Shown: positions 37,014 through 46,441 of the stretch, one piece after another
Numbering within the stretch: the stretch's first letter is position 1
Layout: the number at the start of each line of letters is the position of its first letter
Assembly (NCBI GenBank): GCA_900320365.1
Contig: ONSC01000007.1
Span: 1,477 to 65,476 of the forward strand
Origin: an uncultured Bacteroidales bacterium
GTDB taxonomy: Bacteria; Bacteroidota; Bacteroidia; Bacteroidales; UBA932
Length of the DNA: 64,000 bases
Direction: 5' to 3'
Translations under genes and position numbers: made by a program
The notes under the pieces: generated by a model
Seen by the model: the letters and a program-made list of their open reading frames with translations, nothing else
What the model was told of the DNA's origin: nothing
Database searches by the model: none

Positions 37014-38102
37014 TCACCTTTCAAACGTATGCTCCCCCAACCACTCCGTTGGAGTCTTTCCCATATTGACTTTGAAGGCCATATTGAACGACACAGAGGA
37101 ATGGAATCCCGACATCGTTGCCACCTCACCCACCTTCAACCTAGGATCTTTCTTGAATAAAGAGATGGCGTACTGTATGCGATGATAGTTTATAAACTGA
37201 CGGAAGTTCCTGCCTGACAGGATGTTAATGGTCCGTGACAAGTACAGTTTATTAGAATACATCTCCTCAGCCATATCTTCCATGTGGAAATCAGGGTCAA
37301 GAAAAGGTTTCTTCTCGTTCATATAAATCATAACCCTATTGTAAAGATTGTTCATCTTTTTGTCTTCTTCCGCCTTATCGATGAAAGAAGTCCTAAGGTT
37401 GCCTTTTATTATGTTTTTCACCTTCTGTTCTGTCATTTCCGGCAACAGGAATGTCCTTCCCGTAAGATCTTTTTGATAAAGAATGGCGTACAAAAGCATA
37501 TACATTGCCAGGCATGAATATACCATAATCTCTCCGGCATCACCGGGAAGGATGATGGAACATAGAGACAAGCCTACCATAGCCAGATACACCATTGAAT
37601 AAATAAATCGGGAATAATCCTCGAGGTTGTGCCATACGGCAATGTTGCGGAAAAACATCCTTATTCCACCTAGTCTCTTGATCACCACCGCTACAAAGTA
37701 TGCCGAGAACACAGTAAGTATCACAATGTAGGAGAAAAACTCTCTCTCAGATCTGAAGGAGAAACTTCTGGAAGAGACAAACAGCGAGAAGACAAAGGAG
37801 ATGGCTATGGCTCCATCCAAGGCTATCACCGCCCAAAGAGATTTTCCAGCCTTCTCGAAAGAGCAAGGATAAAGGAGAAGTATCTCCACAGCGGCCATTA
37901 TATCCAATACCAGATAACGTGACTCCGGAGGATATGCCCCCAGCATCTCCATGATGACTAGAGTGACCCCTGTAGCTCCCGCCATGATCCTGATTATAAA
38001 CCGAGGGGTAAGATGCGCCTTGTTTTTATTGAAATCATGAAAAAAGAAAAACAAATACTCGACAATCAGAGAGACCGCGATGATAACCGACATGACGTTC
38101 AA
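37014..38102 (-). CDS. membrane-anchored AraC family transcriptional regulator
   Basis: 362 aa. The N-terminal ~230 aa carry about 6 hydrophobic helices. The C-terminal LYLSRTINILSGRNFRQFINYHRIQYAISLF...VGEVATMSGFHSSVSFNMAFK is an AraC HTH. Confidence 0.8.
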   Translation of the reverse strand: MNVMSVIIAVSLIVEYLFFFFHDFNKNKAHLTPRFIIRIMAGATGVTLVIMEMLGAYPPESRYLVLDIMAAVEILLLYPCSFEKAGKSLWAVIALDGAIAISFVFSLFVSSRSFSFRSEREFFSYIVILTVFSAYFVAVVIKRLGGIRMFFRNIAVWHNLEDYSRFIYSMVYLAMVGLSLCSIILPGDAGEIMVYSCLAMYMLLYAILYQKDLTGRTFLLPEMTEQKVKNIIKGNLRTSFIDKAEEDKKMNNLYNRVMIYMNEKKPFLDPDFHMEDMAEEMYSNKLYLSRTINILSGRNFRQFINYHRIQYAISLFKKDPRLKVGEVATMSGFHSSVSFNMAFKVNMGKTPTEWLGEHTFER

Positions 38103-38168
38103 GATTAGTTAATAAAAAGTTTTCCGTTTATGCGATGCTGAAATTAATGATAAAAACTAAACAAAACA

Positions 38169-38194
38169 CCCCCTGCGTGGTGGTACGCAGGGGG
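38169..38194 (-). terminator. rho-independent terminator after the YitT genes
   Basis: Perfect 10-bp stem ccccctgcgt-ggtggt-acgcaggggg. On the minus strand it is followed by tgttttgtttagttttt. It lies 34 nt downstream of the stop at 38228. Confidence 0.7.
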
Positions 38195-38227
38195 TATCTT
38201 TTCAAAATCGCTTATAAAAAATAGAAA

Positions 38228-39157
38228 TTAAGCTTTTTTATCCTTGATCGTGTCAAATCCTTTACCATAGACACCCGCGACAGAGGAGACTGACAAGAAA
38301 GCGTCTGAGTCTATCTGCTTCACCGCCCTGAGCAACATGTTCACATCCGTCTTGCGAGTGATGACCATAAGGACAGAGGACTCCTGTTTTGTATACCAGC
38401 CTTTCCCATCTAAGATTGTCACACCGCGATGGAAATCCCGTGCTATCATGTCAGCGATAGCCTCATGGTGATGTGACATGATGAATATCTGCACGCTCTG
38501 TTTTGACCCAGCCAGATAAAGATCCGCAACATTACCGCACACGGTGACGATAATCATTCCGTATACGGCTGTGATGAACTTATCCACAAATGGAAGTCGT
38601 TGTCCATCAGCAGTATAGGAGGGTACCAGGAGAGATGATGCGATAATGAACACATCAATCAGCAGGATCACCTTTCCAGGAGAGATATTATGGAACTTCG
38701 TGATAATGAGAGCTATGATGTCAGTACCTCCGGTGCTGCCGCCTTGAGAGATGGACATCCCTATTCCGAAACCGGCCATCGAACCTCCAATTATGGAGCA
38801 GAGAAGCTTGCCATTTGAAAAAGCGAAATCCTGGATAAACTGAGCCGGGATGATGCTCTGCTCAATATTAAGGCAGAAAGATGCCAGGAATATGGCATAT
38901 ACAGTCTTGATTCCGAAAGAAGGTCCTATAATGAACAACGAGATCAGCAATAACAAAGCGTTGATCACGAAATAGGTATAACCCATCTTTATCCCAGTGG
39001 CGAATTGGACGATGGCGCTTATACCGGACACTCCACCTCCAAACATGTTGTTCGGAGTGAGGAAGATTGTCCAGCCACAGGTATATATCAGGATTCCAAG
39101 CGTGATGAGGACGTACTCCTTAATTGTCCGCAGGATGTTCTTCTGTCTGTTAGCCAT
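38228..39157 (-). CDS. YitT family membrane protein (DUF2179 C-terminal domain)
   Basis: 309 aa. ...GGVSGISAIV..., SQGGSTGGTDIIALI, and a C-terminal GVTILDGKGWYTK...FLSVSSVAGVYGKGF DUF2179 domain. Confidence 0.8.
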   Translation of the reverse strand: MANRQKNILRTIKEYVLITLGILIYTCGWTIFLTPNNMFGGGVSGISAIVQFATGIKMGYTYFVINALLLLISLFIIGPSFGIKTVYAIFLASFCLNIEQSIIPAQFIQDFAFSNGKLLCSIIGGSMAGFGIGMSISQGGSTGGTDIIALIITKFHNISPGKVILLIDVFIIASSLLVPSYTADGQRLPFVDKFITAVYGMIIVTVCGNVADLYLAGSKQSVQIFIMSHHHEAIADMIARDFHRGVTILDGKGWYTKQESSVLMVITRKTDVNMLLRAVKQIDSDAFLSVSSVAGVYGKGFDTIKDKKA

Positions 39158-40073
39158 TGTTCGATTTCTTTTTACGCATCAATTTGAGACCAGTCTTCAT
39201 CTCGTCGAAACCCTCCCCATAGACAGTGCTAGCTGAAGAGACTGTCACAAAGGCGGAAGGATCTATCTCCTTCACAGTCTTGGTGATTGTATGAAGCTCG
39301 GGTTTACGCACCATGATTAGCAGCACTTTTTTGTTCTCACCGGAATACCACCCTTGGGCGTCAAGGGCTGTCACACCCCTGTTGAGATCATGGATAACGG
39401 TGTCCGCTATCTCCTTGTATTTATTGGAGAACACCATAATCTGCCATGTCGAGTTCCGCCCCAGGAGTACCCAATCCACAAAAACCGAGAAGATGACCAT
39501 GGCGACATAACCATAGACCATATCCTCCACGGTCTTACCGGGAATCAAGAGTATCGAGGCTATGATGAACACATCCATAGCAAGGAAGACCTTACCCAAT
39601 GAAACCGGCCAGAACTTATTGACTATCAACGCGACAATATCGGTTCCTCCAGTGCTTCCACCTCGAGCCAGGATGCATGTAATGCCGATAGACTCGATGA
39701 TGGCGGCCACTATCACAAGGAGAAGTTTATTGTCGAAAAACACATGTAGAAACTCCATTCCAGCGAGGAAATCAAGCCCTACAGTGGATAGTCCTATAGC
39801 GTAAAGGGTCTTGAATCCGAAGCCTTTTCCGAGAATGAGGGTTCCGAGCAATATGAGCAAACCATTGACAACAATATAGGACAGGTACACCGGAATGCCT
39901 GTGGCGAAATTCAGAATCGTACATGCTCCTGTCAGACCTCCGCTGGCTATACCATTGGGTATCAGCATGTCCGCCCATGCGAAGGTGTAAAAGAGCACTC
40001 CTATGGTTATAACCACATAGTCATCCAGAACGCTCAGGAACGAAGATTTGCTTTTAATCAGCCTCGGGGACAT
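39150..40073 (-). CDS. YitT family membrane protein (paralog, tandem)
   Basis: 307 aa with the same architecture (ARGGSTGGTDIVALI; GVTALDAQGWYSG...FVTVSSASTVYGEGF). It overlaps the downstream paralog by 8 nt. Confidence 0.8.
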   Translation of the reverse strand: MSPRLIKSKSSFLSVLDDYVVITIGVLFYTFAWADMLIPNGIASGGLTGACTILNFATGIPVYLSYIVVNGLLILLGTLILGKGFGFKTLYAIGLSTVGLDFLAGMEFLHVFFDNKLLLVIVAAIIESIGITCILARGGSTGGTDIVALIVNKFWPVSLGKVFLAMDVFIIASILLIPGKTVEDMVYGYVAMVIFSVFVDWVLLGRNSTWQIMVFSNKYKEIADTVIHDLNRGVTALDAQGWYSGENKKVLLIMVRKPELHTITKTVKEIDPSAFVTVSSASTVYGEGFDEMKTGLKLMRKKKSNNG

Positions 40074-40080
40074 GGTTGAA

Positions 40081-42754
40081 TCACTTTATGACAATATTGA
40101 CAATTCTACCGGGTACCACTATGATTTTAACTATGCTCTTGTCGCCAACCCACTTGGATGTCTGCTCCATCCCACGGATCTCGGCCTCAACTTCGGCCGG
40201 AGTCATAGACTTTGGAAGATCGACCATGAAGCGGGTCTTGCCATTGAATGAGACAGGGTACTTGACACTCTCTTCCGCGGCAAGTGATGGATTGAATACA
40301 GGGAAAGAAGCGTACGTCACGCTATCCTCATGCCCAAGAAGAGACCAAAGCTCCTCAGCGATATGAGGCGCGAATGGCGACAAGAGTATTGTCATAGGCT
40401 CCAAAATAGCGCGCTTGCAGCACTTCAAGGCACTAAGGTCATTCAACGCTATCATGAAAGCGCTGACCGTGGTGTTGAAAGAGAAGTGCTCAATGTCGTA
40501 TTCCTCTTTACCAATAAGCTTATGGAGAACCTTTAGTTCCTCATTGGTAGGCTCCTCATCTGAAACGGCGAGAGAGTCACCGTCAAAGAACATCCTCCAG
40601 AATTTCTTTAGGAAGCGGTTGACACCGTCGATACCTTTAGTGTCCCAAGGTTTGCTCTGCTCGAGCGGTCCAAGGAACATCTCGTAAAGCCTCAATGTGT
40701 CAGCGCCATAATCGTCGCAAATCTTGTCAGGATTGACAACATTGAACATGGACTTGCTCATCTTCTCGACAGCCCATCCGCAGATGTATTCCCCATTCTC
40801 AAGGACAAACTCCGCGTCGGCGAACTCGGGCCGCCACGCCCTGAAACCGTCGAGATCGAGTTTGTCGTTCCCCACAAGACTAATGTCCAGATGTATCTCG
40901 CTGGTTGATGAGCTTGCGGAAAGGCTCGTCCTCGCACACATAGCCGAGATCGAACAAGAACTTGTTCCAGAAGCGGGAATAAATGAGATGACCGGTGGCA
41001 TGCTCGGTTCCGCCGATGTAAAGATCGACATCCCTCCAATAAGCATCCACGTCTTTATCCACAAGCGCCTCATCGTTATGAGGATCCATATACCTGAGAT
41101 AATATGCGCTGGAACCGGCGAAACCAGGCATGGTGCTTGTCTCAAGAGGATAACCATTATAAGTCCAGTTCTTGGCTCTGGCGAGCGGCGGCTCACCATT
41201 CTCAGTGGGTTTGAACTCGTCTATCTCAGGAAGAGTCAGAGGCAAGTCCTCGAACGGAACCGGAGTAGGAATCCCGTCCTTATAGTAGATCGGGAAGGGC
41301 TCACCCCAATACCTCTGACGGCTGAAAATAGCGTCACGTAGCCTGTAGTTGACCTTGGCGTGACCCAGCCCCTTTTTCTCCACATAATCGATAGCCGCAG
41401 GGATGGCGTCCTTAACTTCCATCCCATCCAGGAATCCGGAATTGACCATCTTGCCTTCCTTGGCGTCGAAACTCGACTCACTCACATCGCAACCTTCGAT
41501 GATCGGGACGATCGGGAGATTGAATTTCTTGGCAAACACATAGTCCCTGCTGTCATGTGCGGGTACAGCCATGATAGCTCCGGTACCATACCCCGCCAAG
41601 ACATACTCGGAAATCCAGATGGGAACTCTCTCGCCTGTCAAAGGATTCACTCCATAAGAACCTGAGAAGACTCCCGTGACGGTCTTTGTCTCGGCGATTC
41701 TCTCCCTCTCAGTCTTTTTCTTCACATAAGCCAGATAATCAGCCACTTCCTTCTTCTGATCATCGGTCGTAAGAACCTCAACAAGTTCGCTCTCAGGAGC
41801 CAAAACCATAAAGGTCACTCCAAAAATAGTGTCCACCCTGGTCGTGAATATGGTGACATCATGCTCGACATCCCCGTTGAAGCACTTGAACACGACCTCG
41901 CAGCCTTTAGACTTGCCGATCCAGTTACGCTGCATCTCTTTGAGGGAATCGGTCCAATCGATCCTGTCAAGCCCCTCAAGCAGCCTTCCGGCATACGCTG
42001 AGACCCTCAACTGCCACTGCATCATCTTTTTCTGCTCAACAGGGTAGCCTCCCCTGACCGAGAGTCCGTCTTTAACCTCGTCATTGGCCAGAACAGTACC
42101 GAGACCGGCGCACCAGTTTACGGATGTCTCACCTTGATAAGCGATGCGATAATTCATCAGCATGTCGGATTTCTCCTTGTCAGAGAACGACTTCCACTGA
42201 TCAGCGGAGAAAGGCTCATGATCGGAGCAAGCCGCGTTGACAGCGGCGTCGCCTCCTTTCTCGAAAGCGGCGACAAGGTCCTCAATGGGACGGGCCTTGT
42301 CAAGATCAATATCATACCAGCTTCCGAACATTTTCAGGAAGGCCCACTGCGTCCACTTGTAGTAAGCGGGATCGCAAGTGCGGACCTCGCGGTCCCAATC
42401 ATAGGAGAAACCGATCCGGTCCATCTGCTGGCGGTAGCGGTTTATATTCTTCACGGTCGTGACCTCAGGATGCTGGCCTGTCTGGATGGCATACTGCTCG
42501 GCGGGAAGTCCAAAGGCGTCATAACCCATGGGATGGAGGACATTGAAGCCCTTCAATCTCTTGTACCTGGAGAAAATGTCACTGGCAATATAACCCAGGG
42601 GATGCCCTACATGCAATCCGGCTCCAGAAGGGTAAGGGAACATGTCGAGAACATAGAACTTAGGTTTCGACGGGTCCGCCTTGGTCTTGAAAGTACCTTT
42701 CTCCGCCCAATAAGACTGCCACTTGCTTTCAATTGTCCTGAAATCGTAATCCAT
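40081..42754 (-). pseudogene. leuS: leucine--tRNA ligase, interrupted by a frame-shifting internal deletion (N-part 40880-42754; C-part in another frame, about 40893 down to 40081)
   Basis: The N-part starts [16 protein letters not shown], has HVGH ([10 protein letters not shown]), and runs to ...EPFRKLINQ followed by RDTSGH-stop. The second frame carries [26 protein letters not shown]...[16 protein letters not shown] (KMSKS) and the anticodon-binding C-terminus. The conserved QGM(I/V) motif and following residues are missing at the junction. Confidence 0.8.
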
Positions 42755-42777
42755 TATCTGTCTGTTATTTCTGAATA

Positions 42778-44568
42778 TCAATACTTTTTCAAACCGAAAC
42801 TCTTGGTCCCTTTTTTCTCCAAGCGGAACTCAACGTAAAGGGACATCTCCGAGCTGACTTTCTGCCCTCTGACCCTGCCGGGTTTCCATTGGGGAGAGGC
42901 GCTTATTATCCTCACAGCCTCATCGTCCAAAAGAGGATCCGCCCCCTTCAGGACTTTCACATTCCTGACCTTACCGTCTTCACCGATCACAAAATCCACA
43001 AGCACGCGCCCCTGGATGCCCTGGCTGATAGCTTCCTCGGGATATTTCATATAAGAATACACCCATTTCTTAAGGAACACTTTCGGGTCGTCACTCCCGA
43101 GGAAAGAAGGCTTGACGTCGCAATCGTAATATGGTACGGCATCAGACACACCTCCAGTCAATTTGACCACATCGGAAGGGTTGAATATCGGTTTCGGTCC
43201 TCCAGAGAGAGCGATCGCGTAGCTGTAGATGAACTCAAGTTCCCTCTCCATCGTCTCATAGTCTATGATTGACTGGGTGTCACGCTCTGTGTCATGAGCC
43301 GGATACCTGCCAGTCGTGAAAAAGACCGAGGGAATCTTCTTGTCATAAAACGCTATATGATCTGAAGGGTACGGCTCTTGCGCCGTGATGGTCGGTCTGA
43401 TAGGCTGCAACTCGTTGGAGAGGGCCTCTGCGATCGCATTCATGTCGGCATTTGAGGCGGTATATGCGAAGAAACCGTCAGAGCCGGTGCCGAGCATGTC
43501 CAAATTGATCATGGCGTCAATATTGGAAACATCAGAGAACGACCTGTTCAGGAAGTACCAGGAACCGGCGAATGCCTCCCTTGAGGCACCGAAAGCGACC
43601 AGCAGGACAGACCTGCGAAGCAAGGCCTTATTGGTCTTGAGCATCCGGGCGAGCTCAAGCATCATGGCCACACCTGACGCGTTCCCGTTTGCCCCGTAAT
43701 AAATCTTCTCAACCTTCACGCCATCTACAGTCATAGACCCCGTGCCTAGGTTATCCATCCTGGCACCTATGACTATATAATTATCCCTCAACGTCTTGTC
43801 ACCTCCTTGAATGAAAGCGCACACATTCCTTGAGACAAGGGTATCGCCATTCTCCTGACGTATTCCGAAAGGATCTCCTCCATCCTGTGAAATCACATCG
43901 ATCCCATAGGATTTCAGTGTCTCAGTGATATAGTCCGCCGTGAGTTTCTCGCCTTCAGAACCGGCCTTACGGCCTTCCATCATAGCGGAAGAGATGGTCG
44001 TCACATGTTCCTTGAAAGCGGATACTGTCTCGCTGTCTTTCTTTCTGTCTAAAATCCAGACGCCCTCAGGGCAAAAATCCTGCCCTTTCAACTCTTTCAT
44101 GAAAGCTTTAACCTCCTCAGGATCATCAGTCCCCCCGATACCGACGGCGGTGCGCCCCTCTGTGAAGCCGAAGAACTCCGGCTCATAGCCATAGGCCTTG
44201 ATACGTTCGGCGTATTTGACAGCGTTATCTTTGCTCGAGAATGCTCCCATAATCACATAATAACGCTTCTTTTCCGCCTTCTTCCCTGTCACCCCCGGCT
44301 TGACCGGGGATCCGGCGGGATGATCGGTCACGGCCGAGTCCATCCTCGCTTCGCCTTGCTCCGCTGCGGCTGAGTACGGCCTTTGCCCGTCGTCCCGCCG
44401 GTCAGGAGCCGATACCTCTTCTTCCTGATAGGAGCGAAGGATCTTCTCACGCTTTACCTCGATATCCTTCGAAGTCGGCCTCCCAGCCAACATACGGAAG
44501 AAATCGCACCCCGTCGCCATCATGGCGACGGACAGCAAGACAACAGCGATCTGGAGAACTTTTCTCAT
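42778..44568 (-). CDS. lipoprotein fusing SPOR domain, M28 aminopeptidase-like domain and TonB C-terminal domain
   Basis: 596 aa with lipoprotein signal ...MMATGC. SPOR-like [32 protein letters not shown]28-like ...[19 protein letters not shown]...DMLGTG...SDHIAFY. TonB_C-like [56 protein letters not shown]. Confidence 0.7.
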   Translation of the reverse strand: MRKVLQIAVVLLSVAMMATGCDFFRMLAGRPTSKDIEVKREKILRSYQEEEVSAPDRRDDGQRPYSAAAEQGEARMDSAVTDHPAGSPVKPGVTGKKAEKKRYYVIMGAFSSKDNAVKYAERIKAYGYEPEFFGFTEGRTAVGIGGTDDPEEVKAFMKELKGQDFCPEGVWILDRKKDSETVSAFKEHVTTISSAMMEGRKAGSEGEKLTADYITETLKSYGIDVISQDGGDPFGIRQENGDTLVSRNVCAFIQGGDKTLRDNYIVIGARMDNLGTGSMTVDGVKVEKIYYGANGNASGVAMMLELARMLKTNKALLRRSVLLVAFGASREAFAGSWYFLNRSFSDVSNIDAMINLDMLGTGSDGFFAYTASNADMNAIAEALSNELQPIRPTITAQEPYPSDHIAFYDKKIPSVFFTTGRYPAHDTERDTQSIIDYETMERELEFIYSYAIALSGGPKPIFNPSDVVKLTGGVSDAVPYYDCDVKPSFLGSDDPKVFLKKWVYSYMKYPEEAISQGIQGRVLVDFVIGEDGKVRNVKVLKGADPLLDDEAVRIISASPQWKPGRVRGQKVSSEMSLYVEFRLEKKGTKSFGLKKY

Positions 44569-46361
44569 TATTCAGCCGAACCTTGAACAAAAGCTATAAT
44601 CTCGCCCTTGGCGACCTTGTCTCCCTGCTTACCGAGGACAGCCACGACACGGCCATCCACCGCGGGAACAATCTCTTCCATCCCGTAATATGTCTGGACA
44701 AAGCCCATTCCCTTGCCAACTTTGACCTCAGTCCCGGCTACAGGAGCCTTGGAATCATCGTCAACATCGACCTGCCACAAGAGTTGGCCCTTGACAGGTG
44801 CCTGAACGGGAACAGCATGGGGATAACGACGGGTGTATTCCTCCACATCAAAAGCGGGCATCTCAACCACGGGACGGGTAACCACTATCGGTGCGCCGGC
44901 CTTGGCTTTGAAATCCTCAAGCTCCTTGTTGAAGCGCTCTTTGGCGATGCCGCTCTTGTAGTCGCGGTACTGACGCTCATGCATGGCCATCTCGAAGAGT
45001 TCCTCGTCATCCTCACCATAATCCCAGCCTTCCTCGTCCATCATCTTCCTGAAATGCGGAAGCTCATCGGGATAGTTGTCCTGAGGATTGCCTGTTGAGA
45101 ACTCCAAACCCTTCTCCTTAGCTAGTTCCACGATCTCCGGAGCGAGAGGACCGGGAAGCTGTCCCATATTGCCTAGAATCATCCCCCAAGTGTCCTTGTC
45201 GATGGTGGTCCAGCGAGGTTTGTCATTGAGCATATTGAAGAGATTCATCAAAGCGGTGTTCTTGACATACTGGCTGAAAGGTGTCACGAGAGGCGGATAA
45301 CCTAAGCGTGGCCATACGTACTCAACCTCCTGGAAGAGCTTGACCATCAATGTGTCAAGGCTCATCTCAGGACGACCGTGCGACCTCTGCGCGGCATTGA
45401 TGGCTCCTTGGAAGCCCCTGAGGTCAGCCATCATCGAGCCCATCATTCCACCAGGCAGACCGCATCCCACAAGTAGTGAGCTCATCTGGGAGTTGGTGGG
45501 ATTGATCCAGTAGCCAAGGAAGTCGTCAATGAACTTCTGGGTCAAACGACGCACCTCCATATAGGCGTCCATATTCAAGTCCTTCACAAGGAAACCATCG
45601 GCCTTCATCATCTCACGGATGGTGATCACGTCCGGGTGGACCTTGCCCCAAGAAAGAGGCTCAACCGCCACATCAAGATACTCGGCGCCAGCCCTGGCGA
45701 CCTCAAGCATCGATGCGGGTGAAAACCCTGGGCCGGTGTGGCCATGGTACTGGACCACGATGTGGGGATATTTCTTCTTTATGTCCCTGACGAGTTCCCC
45801 GAGGAAGGTGGGACGGCCGATTCCGGCCATATCCTTGAGGCATATCTCATCACAACCATACTCCACGACCTTGTCGACAATCCCCATGTAGTATTCCACT
45901 GTGTGGACAGGAGAATTCGTTATCGAAAGCGCTACCTGCGAGATCATCCCTCCTTTCTTCGCTCCCTCTACCGAGCCGCGGAGATTGCGATGGTCATTGA
46001 GACCGCAGAAAGAGCGGGCGATGTCCGTGCCTTGCTTCTTCTTCACCTTGAACATCAGGTCCCTGACATCCCTCGGCACAGGATTCATCCTCAGAGCGTT
46101 AAGTCCCCTTTCAAGCATATGTGTCTGGATGCCGGCCTTATGGAAGGGTGCCGTCCACTTGCGTACCGCCACATTGGGGTTCTCCCCAAAAAGAAGGTTA
46201 ACCTGCTCGAAGGCGCCTCCATTAGTCTCAACCCGGTCGAAACAACCCATATCAACAATCGCTGGAGCGACCTCGCAAAGCTGATCCACCCTCGGGACAT
46301 ATTTGCCCGAGCTCTGCCACATGTCCCTGTACACCAGGGAGAACTTTATCTCTTTAGCCAT
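44568..46361 (-). CDS. carboxyltransferase, oxaloacetate decarboxylase alpha / pyruvate carboxylase subunit B-like, with degenerate biotinyl-like C-terminal domain
   Basis: 597 aa with a TIM-barrel HMGL-like N-terminus (...VETNGGAFEQ..., ...LKDMAGIGRP..., ...QYHGHTGPG...) and a PYC_OADA region. The C-terminal ~70 aa hybrid-barrel has TYYGMEE where (E)AMKM(E) is expected. Confidence 0.7.
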   Translation of the reverse strand: MAKEIKFSLVYRDMWQSSGKYVPRVDQLCEVAPAIVDMGCFDRVETNGGAFEQVNLLFGENPNVAVRKWTAPFHKAGIQTHMLERGLNALRMNPVPRDVRDLMFKVKKKQGTDIARSFCGLNDHRNLRGSVEGAKKGGMISQVALSITNSPVHTVEYYMGIVDKVVEYGCDEICLKDMAGIGRPTFLGELVRDIKKKYPHIVVQYHGHTGPGFSPASMLEVARAGAEYLDVAVEPLSWGKVHPDVITIREMMKADGFLVKDLNMDAYMEVRRLTQKFIDDFLGYWINPTNSQMSSLLVGCGLPGGMMGSMMADLRGFQGAINAAQRSHGRPEMSLDTLMVKLFQEVEYVWPRLGYPPLVTPFSQYVKNTALMNLFNMLNDKPRWTTIDKDTWGMILGNMGQLPGPLAPEIVELAKEKGLEFSTGNPQDNYPDELPHFRKMMDEEGWDYGEDDEELFEMAMHERQYRDYKSGIAKERFNKELEDFKAKAGAPIVVTRPVVEMPAFDVEEYTRRYPHAVPVQAPVKGQLLWQVDVDDDSKAPVAGTEVKVGKGMGFVQTYYGMEEIVPAVDGRVVAVLGKQGDKVAKGEIIAFVQGSAE

Positions 46362-46382
46362 ATGAATAACTCCTTTAAACTA

Positions 46383-46390
46383 CAAATATA
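46383..46390 (-). promoter_or_regulatory. -7 box TATATTTG for the carboxyltransferase gene
   Basis: Plus-strand caaatata lies 22 nt upstream of the ATG at 46361. Confidence 0.45.
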
Positions 46391-46441
46391 CTCATTTTTC
46401 ACTATCTTTAGAGAGTTTTCAGACTCAAACTTGAGAAAGCG

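Noticed and set aside
40894-41199. The first ~100 aa of ORF 40081-41199 ([23 protein letters not shown]...).
   Set aside because: This part is an out-of-frame read-through overlapping the 3' portion of the leuS N-terminal ORF. Only the part from about 40893 downward is LeuRS-like.
44290-44410. Possible third, degenerate copy of the GC-rich element in the disordered linker of the SPOR-M28-TonB lipoprotein.
- It has an imperfect inverted repeat: tccggcgggatgatcgg at 44311-44327 against cccgtcgtcccgccggt at 44387-44403.
- It has a ccccgg-cttga-ccgggg hairpin and a gcttcgcc segment.
- cttccctgtcaccc resembles cttccctgtcatcc in lplA.
   Set aside because: The matches are short and gapped. By eye I cannot distinguish them from the chance similarity expected in a GC-rich Pro/Gly/Ala linker. 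It needs a profile search with a model built from more copies, so I did not report it as a finding.
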